From Paragordius varius (taxonomy: Eukaryota > Animalia > Nematomorpha), in assembly GCA_964247055.1 (NCBI GenBank), contig OZ176053.1, positions 5,456,001 through 5,520,000 on the forward strand: 64,000 nt of DNA, in the 5' to 3' direction. Every line of letters begins with the position of its first letter. The first letter of the stretch is position 1. Positions 12,001 to 23,160 of this stretch are shown one piece after another. A program made the translations under genes and the position numbers. The notes under the pieces are model-generated. The model made no database searches. It saw nothing but the letters and a program-made list of their open reading frames with translations, and was not told the origin of the DNA.

Positions 12001-14933
12001 CCTCCAATCAGCTGTTGATCCAACAACTGTTTAACGCGATTATCCTTAGGGTCCGTTATAAAGATATGTATATTTCCGCTCACGGGTTTAAGGTTAACAT
12101 CAACAACCAAAATACGAAATTGAACTAAATTTGTGATAACAAGGTACATACAGTAACAACTTTAACATATAATGCATGAGACCGGTAAAAATATGTTTAA
12201 AAAGGTTTATTATGTAATTAACAAATAAGACTAAAATCATCATTCATTAAAAAAAATTTGCTTCACAAAAAATATTAAAGTAATAAATGGCTTAATGTTA
12301 TCAACATTTTTCGAGTCTATGATCAAAATGGGTTACATATGTCTGTCCGATGTTTGGAATGTAACATGAATTATTTTAAATGGGTCTTTTTGACGTAAAT
12401 TTTAGAACATAAACTAAAATAAACATAATTGGCTTCAGATGGATTTATTAACAAAACCCATTTGTTATCATGTAAAAAGTACCGATAACAATTAACAACG
12501 CCGCTGGGGACAAATTCCACATACGAAAACGGGTTCTCTTATACAAAGTATATATATATATATATATATACTTATCCATCGACAAAATTAAATGTAATGT
12601 AATAAAGATAATTCACCCTTATCCCCAGGTTTATATTTAGGTTTATCGAGTTGAATAAATATGGCGCGTCTTTTGGTGTTAACAAACAGTTGAGTTTGAT
12701 TTCTACGATTGCTCGCTGGGGGCAACGGTCTTGGTCTGGGCGGTCTTATTATAGATGGAGCATTTCTTGAGGGGGGAATCCCTGTATTACGATTATCTAA
12801 AATATTATATTATCAATTATTTTTACCTGTGACTCTGATAGGTTCATTAGAGGTTGTGGTGAAAAGACGCAATGCTACAGAATTTACTGATGGATATTTT
12901 ACGGCTTCTCCCGAACTCAAAGGAAATTGGGTTGGAATCTAAAATAAAATACCGGTAAATAAAATTAACTCTAATTTCGATTTAAATTTTTATAATTAGT
13001 AAATTCATACACATAAATTCTCTATTCAAACAGGTGCAACAATAAATATGTTGTGTATCATATAATTAAATTTAGGGGGTTTTAACCGGTTAAAAAAATG
13101 ATTGGTCCGAGTGCTTAAAGAAGTTTACAATTACAACGAAAGTGTATACACCCGAATTTTAAATAGTCTTTAAATCATTATATATATGCTCAATGATTTT
13201 AAATTATTAACGTAAATTTAATTCTTCATACAAATTATTTTAGATATGCGAGATTATACTTTATTTTACTTTACTGTATTAATTTTATTACCCAAAATTT
13301 AACATAATTTATGCGATTGCGTCAATGTTTGTCTAAAACAATTTCAGAAGATAATAAATAAATTATAATAGGAAAGTGCATAAAAAGAAAAAATTACCCA
13401 CTGGGTATATAAAATATGATTTTGCCATTATAATTATTTTATGTTTTCTAATTTTTTGAAGAAAATCGTGTTAATTTTTTGCTTAAAACAATATTTAAAA
13501 AATGGTTACAAAACTATAAGTAAAAAAAGTATATATAACATTAATTACAAAAATACCTAAATCCTTAATGGCATAATTTTGGTAAATAATTTCGTCATGT
13601 TATAACATGAAAAATTATTTTTTTAAGGCCAGATCAATCATTTAAATTTTTAAACAAACAATCTTTTATTTTAAAAAAATTATTAAAGGCACCTGAAAAC
13701 TAATTTTGTAGGGCTGAACGCCGCTTATTTGATTCGCAGTAGCTTGAGCCAAAACTAAAACTCTATCAACATCAGCTGTTGAGGTATTGGGCTTGTTAAC
13801 ATCGCCGCTTCGGATCAACTGTTGTTTTTCAATAATAAGTTCTGCTCTGATTGGGCCAACGTTTGATGAGGATGGCTCCCTCAGGGATTGAATATAAAAA
13901 TCATATGTGGCACCTGGTCTAATTTGTTTAGGGCCTATGGCTATGTAGGAGCTATTAAATATAGATATTCATTTTTTTAAAAAAAATATGTATGTATTAA
14001 GTATTTTATGTATAGGTATCGGTAGTATTATTAACATTAGACTCAAAAACTATATATATGCCTATCATATTAATATATAACTTTATCATTCACTTTTTAT
14101 TCGTTTTTAACACTTGTGATTCCACCAAACAATTTTAAAAATTTCAAATTTTATATTTAACATTAACATTTTTTTTAGCTTGAATTTTAATCGAGCTAAC
14201 ACTTTTTTATTCAACCTAAAAGAATCATAAAAATTACAAAGGCAACGTGACTCGTAATCAAATTTAATAGTCTTTATCCAAAAAATATAAGCCAATATTT
14301 GACAAATTATAAATATATTAATGTTTTCTATAAAAATGGAATATTAAGTAGTAGAGTTATAATAATTATGTACCCCAATTTTTTCGTTAAATAAAAATAA
14401 TTATTTTTCAAACAAATTGGAATAAAATATATCCTTTTTGTCACACCTTATTAGAAGTACAAAATAATCTACAAATTTATTCAAATTAAAAATGTATTAA
14501 AAATATTCAATCAGATAATTAAGTCAGAATTGGCATACCGAATTTATCATTATTATATAAGGTTTTAACTAAAGCTTATGGGTTACCTAAAATAATAGAT
14601 ATATAACTGGCAGACTTCATATAACCCTTGATTGAATAAGTCCACTTTTCAATTATTTTCATAAATTAGATAAAAAAATATGTATCAAAAAAATACAGTG
14701 TTTTTTAATAAAAATATAAAATACTTTTTGGATATTTCCCTTTCCATACTTTGTTGACTACTAACACTTTCTTGGACCATTATTAAAACGAATGTAGCTA
14801 AAAGGATATTCCAGAATTTAAAATGTGCTAATTGATAAAACCAATTGCCGTTATTTGATTGTTGATATCGTCTGCTACTACTGAGGTGTCCCGAATTTCG
14901 TAAAACAGATGAATATATGGACGGATTCAACAT
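1..14933 (-). CDS. Thioester-containing protein / alpha-2-macroglobulin / CD109-family protein, 5' part (MG domains to bait region); truncated at the window's left edge
   Basis: Manually spliced GT-AG exons give A2M-family motifs in order. These are a signal peptide (FWNILLATFVLIMVQESVSS), SYIAIGPKQIRPG (~13.9 kb), IFIQLDKPKYKPGDKVQFRILVVD (12.6/12.1 kb), FQVAEYVLPTFEV (11.6 kb), YTFGGTVQG (10.4 kb), FKPGLPYPIQ|ITVQQADGTP (9.8/8.6 kb), exon 7424-7546, exon 3813-3917 (FIARGRI), LAPTFMVLAY (3.5 kb), AVDKSVQLL (1.77 kb), FD|KSNLFVLTDAN (~1.0 kb) and a bait-like exon at 1-116. The thioester (GCGEQ) exon is not in the window, so the subfamily cannot be fixed. Confidence 0.9.
2710..2982. mobile_element. 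MITE-like inverted-repeat element (family B) in a TEP intron
   Basis: Inverted arms tataccatttaca...accctaaaattatgtgtttt / aaaacac...agggtgaatttgaattg...tgtaaatggtata. Related arms occur at ~40898-41165 and ~42686-42890. Boundaries approximate. Confidence 0.55.
4260..5040. repeat. Tandem array of ~162-bp units (about 4.7 copies) inside transposon copy 1
   Basis: The motif ataatgttag recurs at 4291, 4453, 4614, 4776 and 4938 (periods 162, 161, 162, 162). Units differ mainly in poly-T length; the last unit is partly deleted. Confidence 0.97.
5047..6122 (+). CDS. Tc1/IS630-type DDE transposase, 343 aa, three exons (5047-5083, 5106-5645, 5668-6122)
   Basis: Removing two 22-nt GT..AG introns (5084-5105, 5646-5667) joins the two ORF-track fragments into one 1,032-nt frame: MTTSLNGRGKRK|KYNFWSDEKK...YYLDESGF...KGFNK|GKNVSLLCMIG...CDNAPIH...LNPIE...HHLL*. 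Confidence 0.9.
6133..6294 (-). repeat. Diverged inverted copy of the transposase catalytic segment (5832-6020), inside transposon copy 1
   Basis: The reverse complement reads aaatgctctattttgggaaatttaa...cctattgaatgtttttttc...tgcgatcaaagaaaaactaaatc, matching aaatgttctattttgggtgatttaa...cctattgaatgtttttttc...tgcgacgaaagaaaaacaaaatc. The ORF track (KCSILGNL..CDQRKTKS) mirrors KCSILGDL..CDERKTKS. Confidence 0.88.
6496..6901. mobile_element. TTAA-flanked (piggyBac-type) MITE nested inside transposon copy 1
   Basis: TTAA at 6492-6495 and 6902-6905. Termini caattggatacaac / ttgaatctaggtg resemble the TIR of the free copy at 16494-17063, and the interior is homologous to it. Confidence 0.75.
8906..9193. 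mobile_element. Degenerate hAT-like MITE
   Basis: The right end tgcggcccgag...atagacccctg resembles hAT termini (CAGGGG..). The left end is degraded and no clear TSD was found. Confidence 0.3.
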
Positions 14934-16493
14934 TAAAAAATTTTGTGTCCAATTTATTTTTCCAAATCGAATATCTACAAAAAATATTTTTAAGTCTTAT
15001 ATATTAACATTTTTTAGATTATGATCCGAAATTTAATTGACATATAAACGCTTATACTCCAATAATTATTGCAAATTAAACTTTAACAAAATTATGGAAG
15101 GATATAGTTTTAAAAAGTAAAAAATATATTTTATCTGTATAATAATAAGAAAATTAAATGTTTTGTCGTTCAATAATTGTATATTTAACCGAAGATTGAA
15201 ATCCTATGTTAATATATAATTAATCAAAATTAACAAGTGGTTTGAAAAAATATGTTGATGGTTGCACCATAAATGCGTTTTCAAAGGTCAACATTAATAA
15301 CAAAATTGGTCATAAAAATGAACTTAAAACAAATATCGCCTAACATTTCATTTTTTTAAAATTTAACTTCAATTTCATATTTAATATTTTAAGTCTATTG
15401 GATTCGGCTAATACTATTATGATATAAAAACATAACAAAAAAATTATTTAAAACCGATTAGAATTTAGATTTTGACCAAATATATACAGATATCTTTTGG
15501 AAGCCATAATAGCATTATATAACAATAAAACATAGAAATTATTTTTCATTTTTATGATAAATTTCTATATTTTGGTCAATGGATACATGTATGGAATGAA
15601 GTTTTTAATAATTTACGCTATTTCTCTTGCATCTCAATTAGCTAATACTACAAAAACATAGGGTTGATTCAAAAATAAGATTGTTGGTAAATATTATATT
15701 GACATATGTTTATTATCCAAGATAATACTAAAATCAGCGTTTATTAATTTAACTAGATGAGATTTTTTTAGTAATTGGGGTAGTTTTATATTCGAAGTCT
15801 CAATATTGTAAATAAAGTACAATGTTCAAATTTTTAGTTAAAATTTGATTAAACATTGTTCTCATGTATTAAATAAAAAATTATATTTTTTACAGGGTTA
15901 GGACTAAACAGCTCCAAAACGCGATTGAATCGAACAGCTGATATTAAAAAAAGTTTTTGCTGGAACGTAGTCTGAAACTTTAAAATTAATTATTTACTAT
16001 TTTTAAGATAATATAAATTTATTTGCCAGTTGCATTAGCGATTAAAACGATTTAAGGAAAAAATTGGAGACAATAAAGTTTCAGGTGTTTTTTACAATTA
16101 TACATTTTTAAAAAAAATAAATTGCGTCTAAAAGGTTAAGAAATCTATTTTAAATTCAGCTTAATACCTTTACTTTTTAAGATAAATTATAAATCGCTCT
16201 GGGATATAAAACTACTACAAAAGGTAAATGGAGTGTTTTTTTGTATGAGGAAAAACATTAATATATCCCATATAAAACGTTGCTGAATTTTGAGAGAGAA
16301 TGAAAGTAATCTTTTTTTATACAAAATTTATTTTCAACGCAAAATTTAGCATATACTATTTTTCGAGCATCACGGTTTTTGCAAAAATTCTTATAAAGTA
16401 TAAATTTTTGGGTGGCCATATTAAATAAATATATGATGAAAACCAACATTTTGAATTTAAGATATAAGCCACTTATTTCACATTTTTCATTAA

Positions 16494-17063
16494 CACTTGG
16501 ATTCAACACACTCATTTTAGTCTTTCGATTCAAATTGGGGTAGTTGACCCCAGGCTTGTTTAAAATTAAATTCGTAAAAAAATATAGAAGGAATCGAAAC
16601 CATGGCAAAATTTTGCACTTAACTAACATCAATAAACCGAAATATATAAAAAATTTTATTCAAAAATACTTGATATTACATATTTTAAGTTAAAACCGAA
16701 AGGTAAAAATTTCGTCAACGTGATATGTGTCAAATTGTAAAATTGAAAAATTATACAAACTAAACCGCTTTTTCTATTTCTATCAATGTTAATGTTATTT
16801 ATATAAAAAATTAGCTTTAGTTTTACTCTTAAAATTAAATAAAGACGATATTTTGCAAAAATTTTGTAAAATAAAAATGGCGTCGAAGTAGTTTGAGATG
16901 GAGCTTTTTTTCCAAAACAAAATTTTATCAAGATATTTTGGCATATTTATATAATATTTAGAAGCATAAATTTAAATTGGGACCGTTTCCTTCAGTAGTT
17001 TTTTAAAAATATCAATTTAAATTTAGTTTGGGGTTTTTAGATACCCCAATTTGAATCGAAGTG
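16494..17063. mobile_element. TTAA-flanked piggyBac-type MITE (570 bp)
   Basis: TTAA|cacttggattcaa ... ttgaatcgaagtg|TTAA: 13-bp TIR with 1 mismatch and TTAA on both sides. No transposase. Confidence 0.82.
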
Positions 17064-18139
17064 TTAACATCAATCAAAAATATTTATTTCAATCAAATGC
17101 AACTGAAACCATTTTTTATTTGAACGCCACATTTTTTGACTTTCAACGTTTTTCATCTAAACTAAACATTATTTTCACATAACTATATAAAAACAATAGA
17201 ATTTTTGACTCATTAACATTCTTAACTGGGAATCGCTATGTAAACCATCATTTTCAAAATATGCCATATTTATTTATATAAAAATTTAAAATTTACGAAA
17301 TAATATATCGTTGATGAATTAAAAAAATTCATCCGTGAATTATTAGAATGTGTCAATATAGCCTAAATATGATATGTTTTTTTAACTTATGGGCTAAATT
17401 AAAATAAAGTGTCGATTTTGAAGTGGAATAAAATTTTAAAAATTTTAGCATTTTAAATTCACACAATCAGATACTAAATAAAACAATCGACCATTTAAAA
17501 AATAAGCATTCAACGATAAAGATCACTTTAAATGTTGTTTTGAATAAGTATGGGATAATTAATTGACCAAATAATTTGAGAAACCAATAGCTTCTATATA
17601 ATTATTCAACGTCATGATTTAATATTTTTCTATTGGCTAATTATAAAAATTTTCACAACCTTTTTAGACCGAAACTCCTAGAATAATACCAAGAATAATA
17701 CCAATATTCGACAAATTGTTTATAAAGTTGTAAAAGAAATTGACCGTTTTTGTTAAGATCGCAAAATTTGATACATTTTGCGTAAATAGTATTGATATGA
17801 ATACCTGAAATATGAATAAATAATTTGTAGGATTGTCCAAAAACTTTGTAAAATTAATCAACAAAATTAAATGTTTTTCGTAAAACGACATCTGGATAAC
17901 ATAATATGTTAAAATTTAACCGAAAAACGCATTTTTACATGCGTAAGCTAAAAATTATTCGAAAGCTTATAGTAAGGTATCTAAAATGTATTTCATTAAA
18001 AATTTATGTGTAAAACTGTATTATTCAATTTTATATTTATGAAAATAAGAAAACGCTAGAATTATACTCTATCCATATATGTATTAAATAATAGCATTTT
18101 TAATATATATTTTTATAAATCTCAAATTTATTTTATCGA

Positions 18140-18472
18140 CAGGGGTGTCCAGCGCCCGCATGCGACCTTCCAGATATTTTATGGGACCCACTAAAAATTT
18201 GGGAAATTATTAAATAAATAAAAAATTTCATGATTCACAAAAATATTGCTAATGATAAAATATATCTTATTAATATTATTTTTTTAATTTTTAAATGTAC
18301 CAATTGGGCAAACTAGCGATTGGTAAATTGTTTTTATGTATTAGTAATATTTTTACAGTATGTGGATAATTAATAAAAAAATATTAAAGACATATATTTT
18401 TTTGATTGCTTCCCATCGTATTTTTTAGGTTTATAAATCAAGCGGCGAGGGCATTTTTGTTGAGCACCCTTG
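18140..18472. mobile_element. hAT-like MITE (333 bp)
   Basis: Termini caggggtgtccagc / gttgagcacccttg form an imperfect TIR. The 8-bp flanks (tttatcga / ttttaaaa) are only partly alike. Confidence 0.5.
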
Positions 18473-19394
18473 TTTTAAAAATTACATTTGCTAAATAATA
18501 ACGCATTTTTGTCGTCATTGGCATTTCCTTGTGTAACAATTTGTAAAACAAAACTATTTTAAATCCAGAAATAGATTATTTTTTGTGACATAAATATAAA
18601 TATATTAGTATTTAATCAAAGATAAAGTTGTAAAATTTATTTTATCAGGTTTAAGTAAATATAATGAAATATAACTTACATCATACTGATAAAGCGACTA
18701 TAAATGGAAAACAATGATTATAAAAATATTTTAAAATATATAAATTAATGTTACCTTTATAACTTTTGTTTTCCTTTTTATCTTTTGGTGTTTTGGTGCC
18801 AATTCAAATTTTATTAATGCTTTTTTGAAAGTTGCAGCTTGTTCTTAACATCAAAAAGTCGACTTTTTGTTTTCATTCTTATAAAATATTTTTTATTATA
18901 CCGTGTCAAAAAATAACTAATGAAATATTTATATTTTGTTATAAAAATTATCAGGATTATTTTGGGCTTTTGGTTTTGGCTTTTACGCGATAAGAAAATT
19001 ACGTTAAACAATACATTTAAATCAGAAAATCACAAATTTTTTAGTTCTTCTAAAATGGGTAGTTCTTTCATATTAAAAGTAAAATTGTCAAGATTGCGCC
19101 ATATAAATTTATGCATGCAAAGTTCTATATAAATTCAATATATTAGTTTACTACCTTTTCACTTTTTTGTCCTAGTTTACCTTTTTGTTAGTTTTACCAT
19201 AGCTGAATTTTGTTAAATTTAGAAAAAAAGCTTATATTTTTTACAGATTTGTTACTTTTAGAGTCTAAGGCAGCAAAATATTTTAGAAACATAGAGCTAA
19301 TATTGAAATAGAATTATATTAAATATTTGGTAAGATGTAGACTAAAAACTTTATTTATTTGCATTTTTTAGCCATATATTGGAATAGCTATTAA

Positions 19395-19942
19395 CACTTT
19401 GATTCAAATTGGGTTATCTAAATACCCTAGAATTAATCAAAGTTAGTATTTTTAAAAAAACTCCTGAAGGAAACGGTGGCAATTTAAATTTATGCTTCTA
19501 TCCCAATATAATTATAAAAATATCCCAAAATTTCTAAATAAAATTTTGTTTTTAAAAAATGTTCCATGTAATAACTTAGAGGCCATTTTTATTTTACAAC
19601 ATTTTTCCAAAATATCATCGACATTTAATTTTAAGGGTAAAATTAAAGCTTTTTTATATAAATTACATCTAATATTGATAAAAATAAAAAACGCTGTTTA
19701 TTTTGTATTATTAATTTTCAATTTTTCTATTCCACACACATAATGTTGATTAAATTTTTACCTTTTGATTTTAGCTTAAATTAATTAATATATTTATAAA
19801 TAAAATTTTTTGCATATTTCGGTTTATGTTATATAAGTGTAAAATTTTGCCATGGTTTTGATTCCTTCCATATTTTCTTGAAGGGTATTTAACTACCCCA
19901 ATTTCAATCGAAGGACTAAAATGAATGTGTTGTATCCAGGTG
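19395..19942. mobile_element. piggyBac-type MITE, same family as 16494-17063, opposite orientation
   Basis: TTAA|cactttgattcaaattggg at the left end. The interior is the reverse complement of the 16.5-17.0 kb copy (e.g. gaaggaatc.aaaccatggcaaaatttt). The right TTAA is lost. Confidence 0.72.
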
Positions 19943-20649
19943 AAGTGGAATTTTCGCAATTTTTTATTTTTTAGAAAATGCGCCTAAAAGGCTAAAGAAA
20001 GTATATTTTGAATTCGAAATGTCAAGAACTATTTTAGATAAAAAAATTTAAATCCCCTAGGGATATTAAATTCCAAAAAGTACTGTGTTAAAAATAAATT
20101 TAAAAAATTTTTTTTGGCAAACTTTTGTTGAAACTCTTTCATACTATTTAAAGAATAATTTAATGGTAAAATTTGGCATAAGACAAATAAAACGGCTTTT
20201 ATATAATTCGATGATGCTGAACGTTTTTATCACCTTACAATATTTAAAATATTTATTCTTTTCTTATGTTAAATAGAAATTGACTTTTTTTAAATAGATT
20301 TACCAAAATTTTAAACCAAACGAGCCCTTAATGAATTTTCAAGTGATAGAAAAGTTTAGCTTTTATAAAATATATATAAATTAAAAATATTTTCAAGAGT
20401 TTTTAACCGTTTGTTTCATGGCTTAAAATAATATGAATTATAAATGAAAATATATTTTTTTCAAAGCGCATTTTATAAAAATCTTATTTGATAAAATTTA
20501 ACATAGTTATAGCGGAATGTATGCAATGCGGATCTTATCCATTTTAAACCAGCGAAAAAAATTGGGGCTTCCGGAACCTATAAATTTAAATTTTTTTAGC
20601 AATTTTTTGACATATACATATATATATATATATATATGTTAAAGCGATT

Positions 20650-21549
20650 TTGTACTGTTTCTCACCTGCTTCAAGATACAAACTCGCTTCACCAGAATTA
20701 TCGTATAAACTAAATTTTTCCTATGCTTGTTTTATTAATAAGTTTTAAAGGATAGAGCTAAGCCGCTAAAAACATTTATCTTAATGTGTAGTTTACGATA
20801 ATTTACGGTAAAGTTAAAAAAAACTTGCCTATCCCAAATCGAAATGGGATTCACCAAAAAAATTCAAAGAGCCGTAAAAAATATCATCTTGCCTCAAGGG
20901 CCAACAGGAAAGTGACACAAAAATTATATTGATGAAATATATATTCTGAGATCAAATTTTTTCATTATTATCATGGGTCTTTTGGTTTTGTCTCTTACGA
21001 GTGATTTATGAATGTTATCCACAGTTTTTGGTAATTGTTTAATAGCACTCATTTTTTTAAAATAAGTTTTTTTGATGAAAGCTAAATGCTTCTTTAAAAT
21101 ATCACTATATATCATAAACTAAATTTCTAAAATAAATTAAAATTCCGAAATTTCCATTATTCGCTAGCTAAAATGGGTTAGTTTTTTAAAAATACACTCA
21201 AAAATGACGAAATGGGCAATAATGTATTTAAATAAATGCAAAATTTTGATTACAACTATTTAACATACTTTTTCAAATTATATTTTAGCACGATTTTGAC
21301 GTACCCCCTATTTTGAGCATGATGGAAACGTAAGAAACGCTTAAGATATAATAAAACCTCTCTTTCATATAATTTGATGAACGTTTCTATCATCTCGGAA
21401 CTTCCTTCAAAATATTTATTCGCCGTCAAATTTCTGTTAAATATAAATTGAATTACAAATTTTTTAAAGCGACAGAAATATTTAGCATTATCACATAATA
21501 TGAAGCATTTTACTATATCATTAAGCGTTTTCAAGATTGTTTCCACCAT
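20650..21549 (-). pseudogene. Possible highly decayed piggyBac-like transposase relic
   Basis: Fragmentary minus-strand translations (YLKRFLRFHH; TVDNIHKS..RPMIIMKKFDLRIY; LLALEAR*YFLRLFEFFGE; DKCF) loosely follow the order of piggyBac transposase motifs, with many stops and frameshifts. Judged by eye only. Confidence 0.3.
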
Positions 21550-22194
21550 CCCATAAATAGTGAATTACGCTTTAACAAAGTTTTACAATTAGTTTTTTTT
21601 GAAATGTGAACTTTTAAAAATTGTTTTTATTTAAAATTAACCATAATATATTAAAATTTTTCACAAATATTATTTTGCTGCTTTTATGTTTTTTTTCGAT
21701 TTAGTGATATTTTTGGAAGAATTTTTTCACTAATTTTTTTCTAAACAAAATGTGCGCAAACTATGCCAATTAGGGGCGAGTTACTGTAAGTGATGATAAC
21801 TTTAGTTCTCGCTGCAACACAAAGGCACCATGATTACATAAATACATTTCTATCAGAATATATGTATTGCATAGAATATATTGTATCTCCCTATTATGGA
21901 CGTAGTAATTATAAAAAACCACACATTTGAAGAAATTTTCACCCAGAATAAATAAATCAGAAAATGTATTAAATATTTAATGACCATAAAAAGCATCATG
22001 AATTTAATACATTTTTTATAGTATATAATTTCTAAAAATATTTCTTTATGTGCTGTTTATATTATTAAGAAATTATAGTTTTATATTTTTCTCAGAATTT
22101 GATTACTCTATAAATTCATTTATTAACCCTTTTTATTGATTCAACATGTGTTACATGTGATCTCAAACAATCGAGGTGGACAATTTTTGTTTGT

Positions 22195-22465
22195 ATGGGA
22201 CGCAAGGACTCACAAAATTATGGTTCTACGATTGATATCTACAGAAAGAAAATAGGTATTTTTCTCGTTTATTTAGGGAAACATGTTAATAAACATTTTT
22301 CTGAAAGGCGATCAGTATTTAAAACTAAGGTCCAAATAATGGATCAAAGATCTAAATCATCCAAAGTAGTTTCATTTTTAACTATAGGAATTTTTTTTAT
22401 TTATTATGTGTTTAATTCTTATTATGATCGTTATGTATGGAGCATTTTATTTATATTTAAACTAA
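22195..22465 (+). CDS. Putative small protein with C-terminal transmembrane anchor; 5' end unresolved
   Basis: Two canonical micro-introns (22256-22276, 21 nt; 22366-22387, 22 nt) keep one frame, which ends EFFLFIMCLILIMIVMYGAFYLYLN*. The frame is open upstream to 22114. No homologue recognised. Confidence 0.5.
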
Positions 22466-22554
22466 ATTTTATTTATATGGTTAACAATCTCGGCAATAAC
22501 TATCACAAAATAAAATAAATTTTTAATATATTAATATACAAGAACTGTCTTAAA

Positions 22555-22756
22555 TAGAAATGTAGCTTGCTTTCTGACGCCCGGTTCATTACTGCATGAT
22601 GGCGCCTCCTACCCTTCCATGCGACCCCTTACATTTTAAAAAAATAATCCAATTTAAACCGTCATGACCACTCAAATGATTTTTATGTGTTTTAATAATA
22701 ACTTTTAAAAACACTCCGTCCATTAACCCCCTTTCCTCCCTCTAGCTATACCTCTG
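22555..22756. mobile_element. Degenerate hAT MITE related to 49641-49887
   Basis: Shares cccttccatgcgacccctt.catt.taaaa.aataat and the 3' terminus tagcta..cctctg with the 49.6 kb element. Confidence 0.55.
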
Positions 22757-23160
22757 CTCTCAAAAAAATCTTTCATACCATCCTTTATTAATGCTGCAAA
22801 CGCCGTATATCACTGTCACCATATAAATATTTCTAAATAATGGTGAAAGGGAAATATCAAATAATATACAATTTATTATATGGATATAATAATAAAATGG
22901 ATCACATATGGTTTAGGACTATTTTTTAAGGTTTAATATATTCATTTAAAATATAAAATACCACCAATTTTTATAATCCCATAGTTTTTATATTTTGATC
23001 AGTTTGTCGGTTTTTCGAATGCAATACAGCAGAGTTATATATGTAAAATATATATTATGCGGAACACGCAATATCATTTTCGTACTTATTAACAAACAAT
23101 TAATTATCAGTCGTTTTTTGATTGTAGTCAATTTGGATAAAAAATGGGAATAGATAAGAG

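Noticed and set aside
12709-12942. 77-aa plus-strand ORF
   Set aside because: It is the antisense shadow of TEP exons; the same applies to 2010-2258, 25159-25341, 28125-28307 and 58976-59191.
15587-15661. Short signal-peptide-like ORF MYGMKFLIIYAISLASQLANTTKT*
   Set aside because: It stops after 24 codons and no convincing splice continuation was found; such frames arise by chance in AT-rich DNA.
16258-16931. ORFs in the TTAA MITE family (also 6520-6735 and 19492-19959)
   Set aside because: These are AT-rich Phe/Ile/Lys/Asn-biased frames that vary between copies. The shared peptides merely reflect DNA homology.
21784-21850. Box C motif (GTGATGA) suggesting a C/D snoRNA
   Set aside because: There is no matching D box (CTGA) or terminal stem nearby, and the motif fits better inside a candidate micro-intron.
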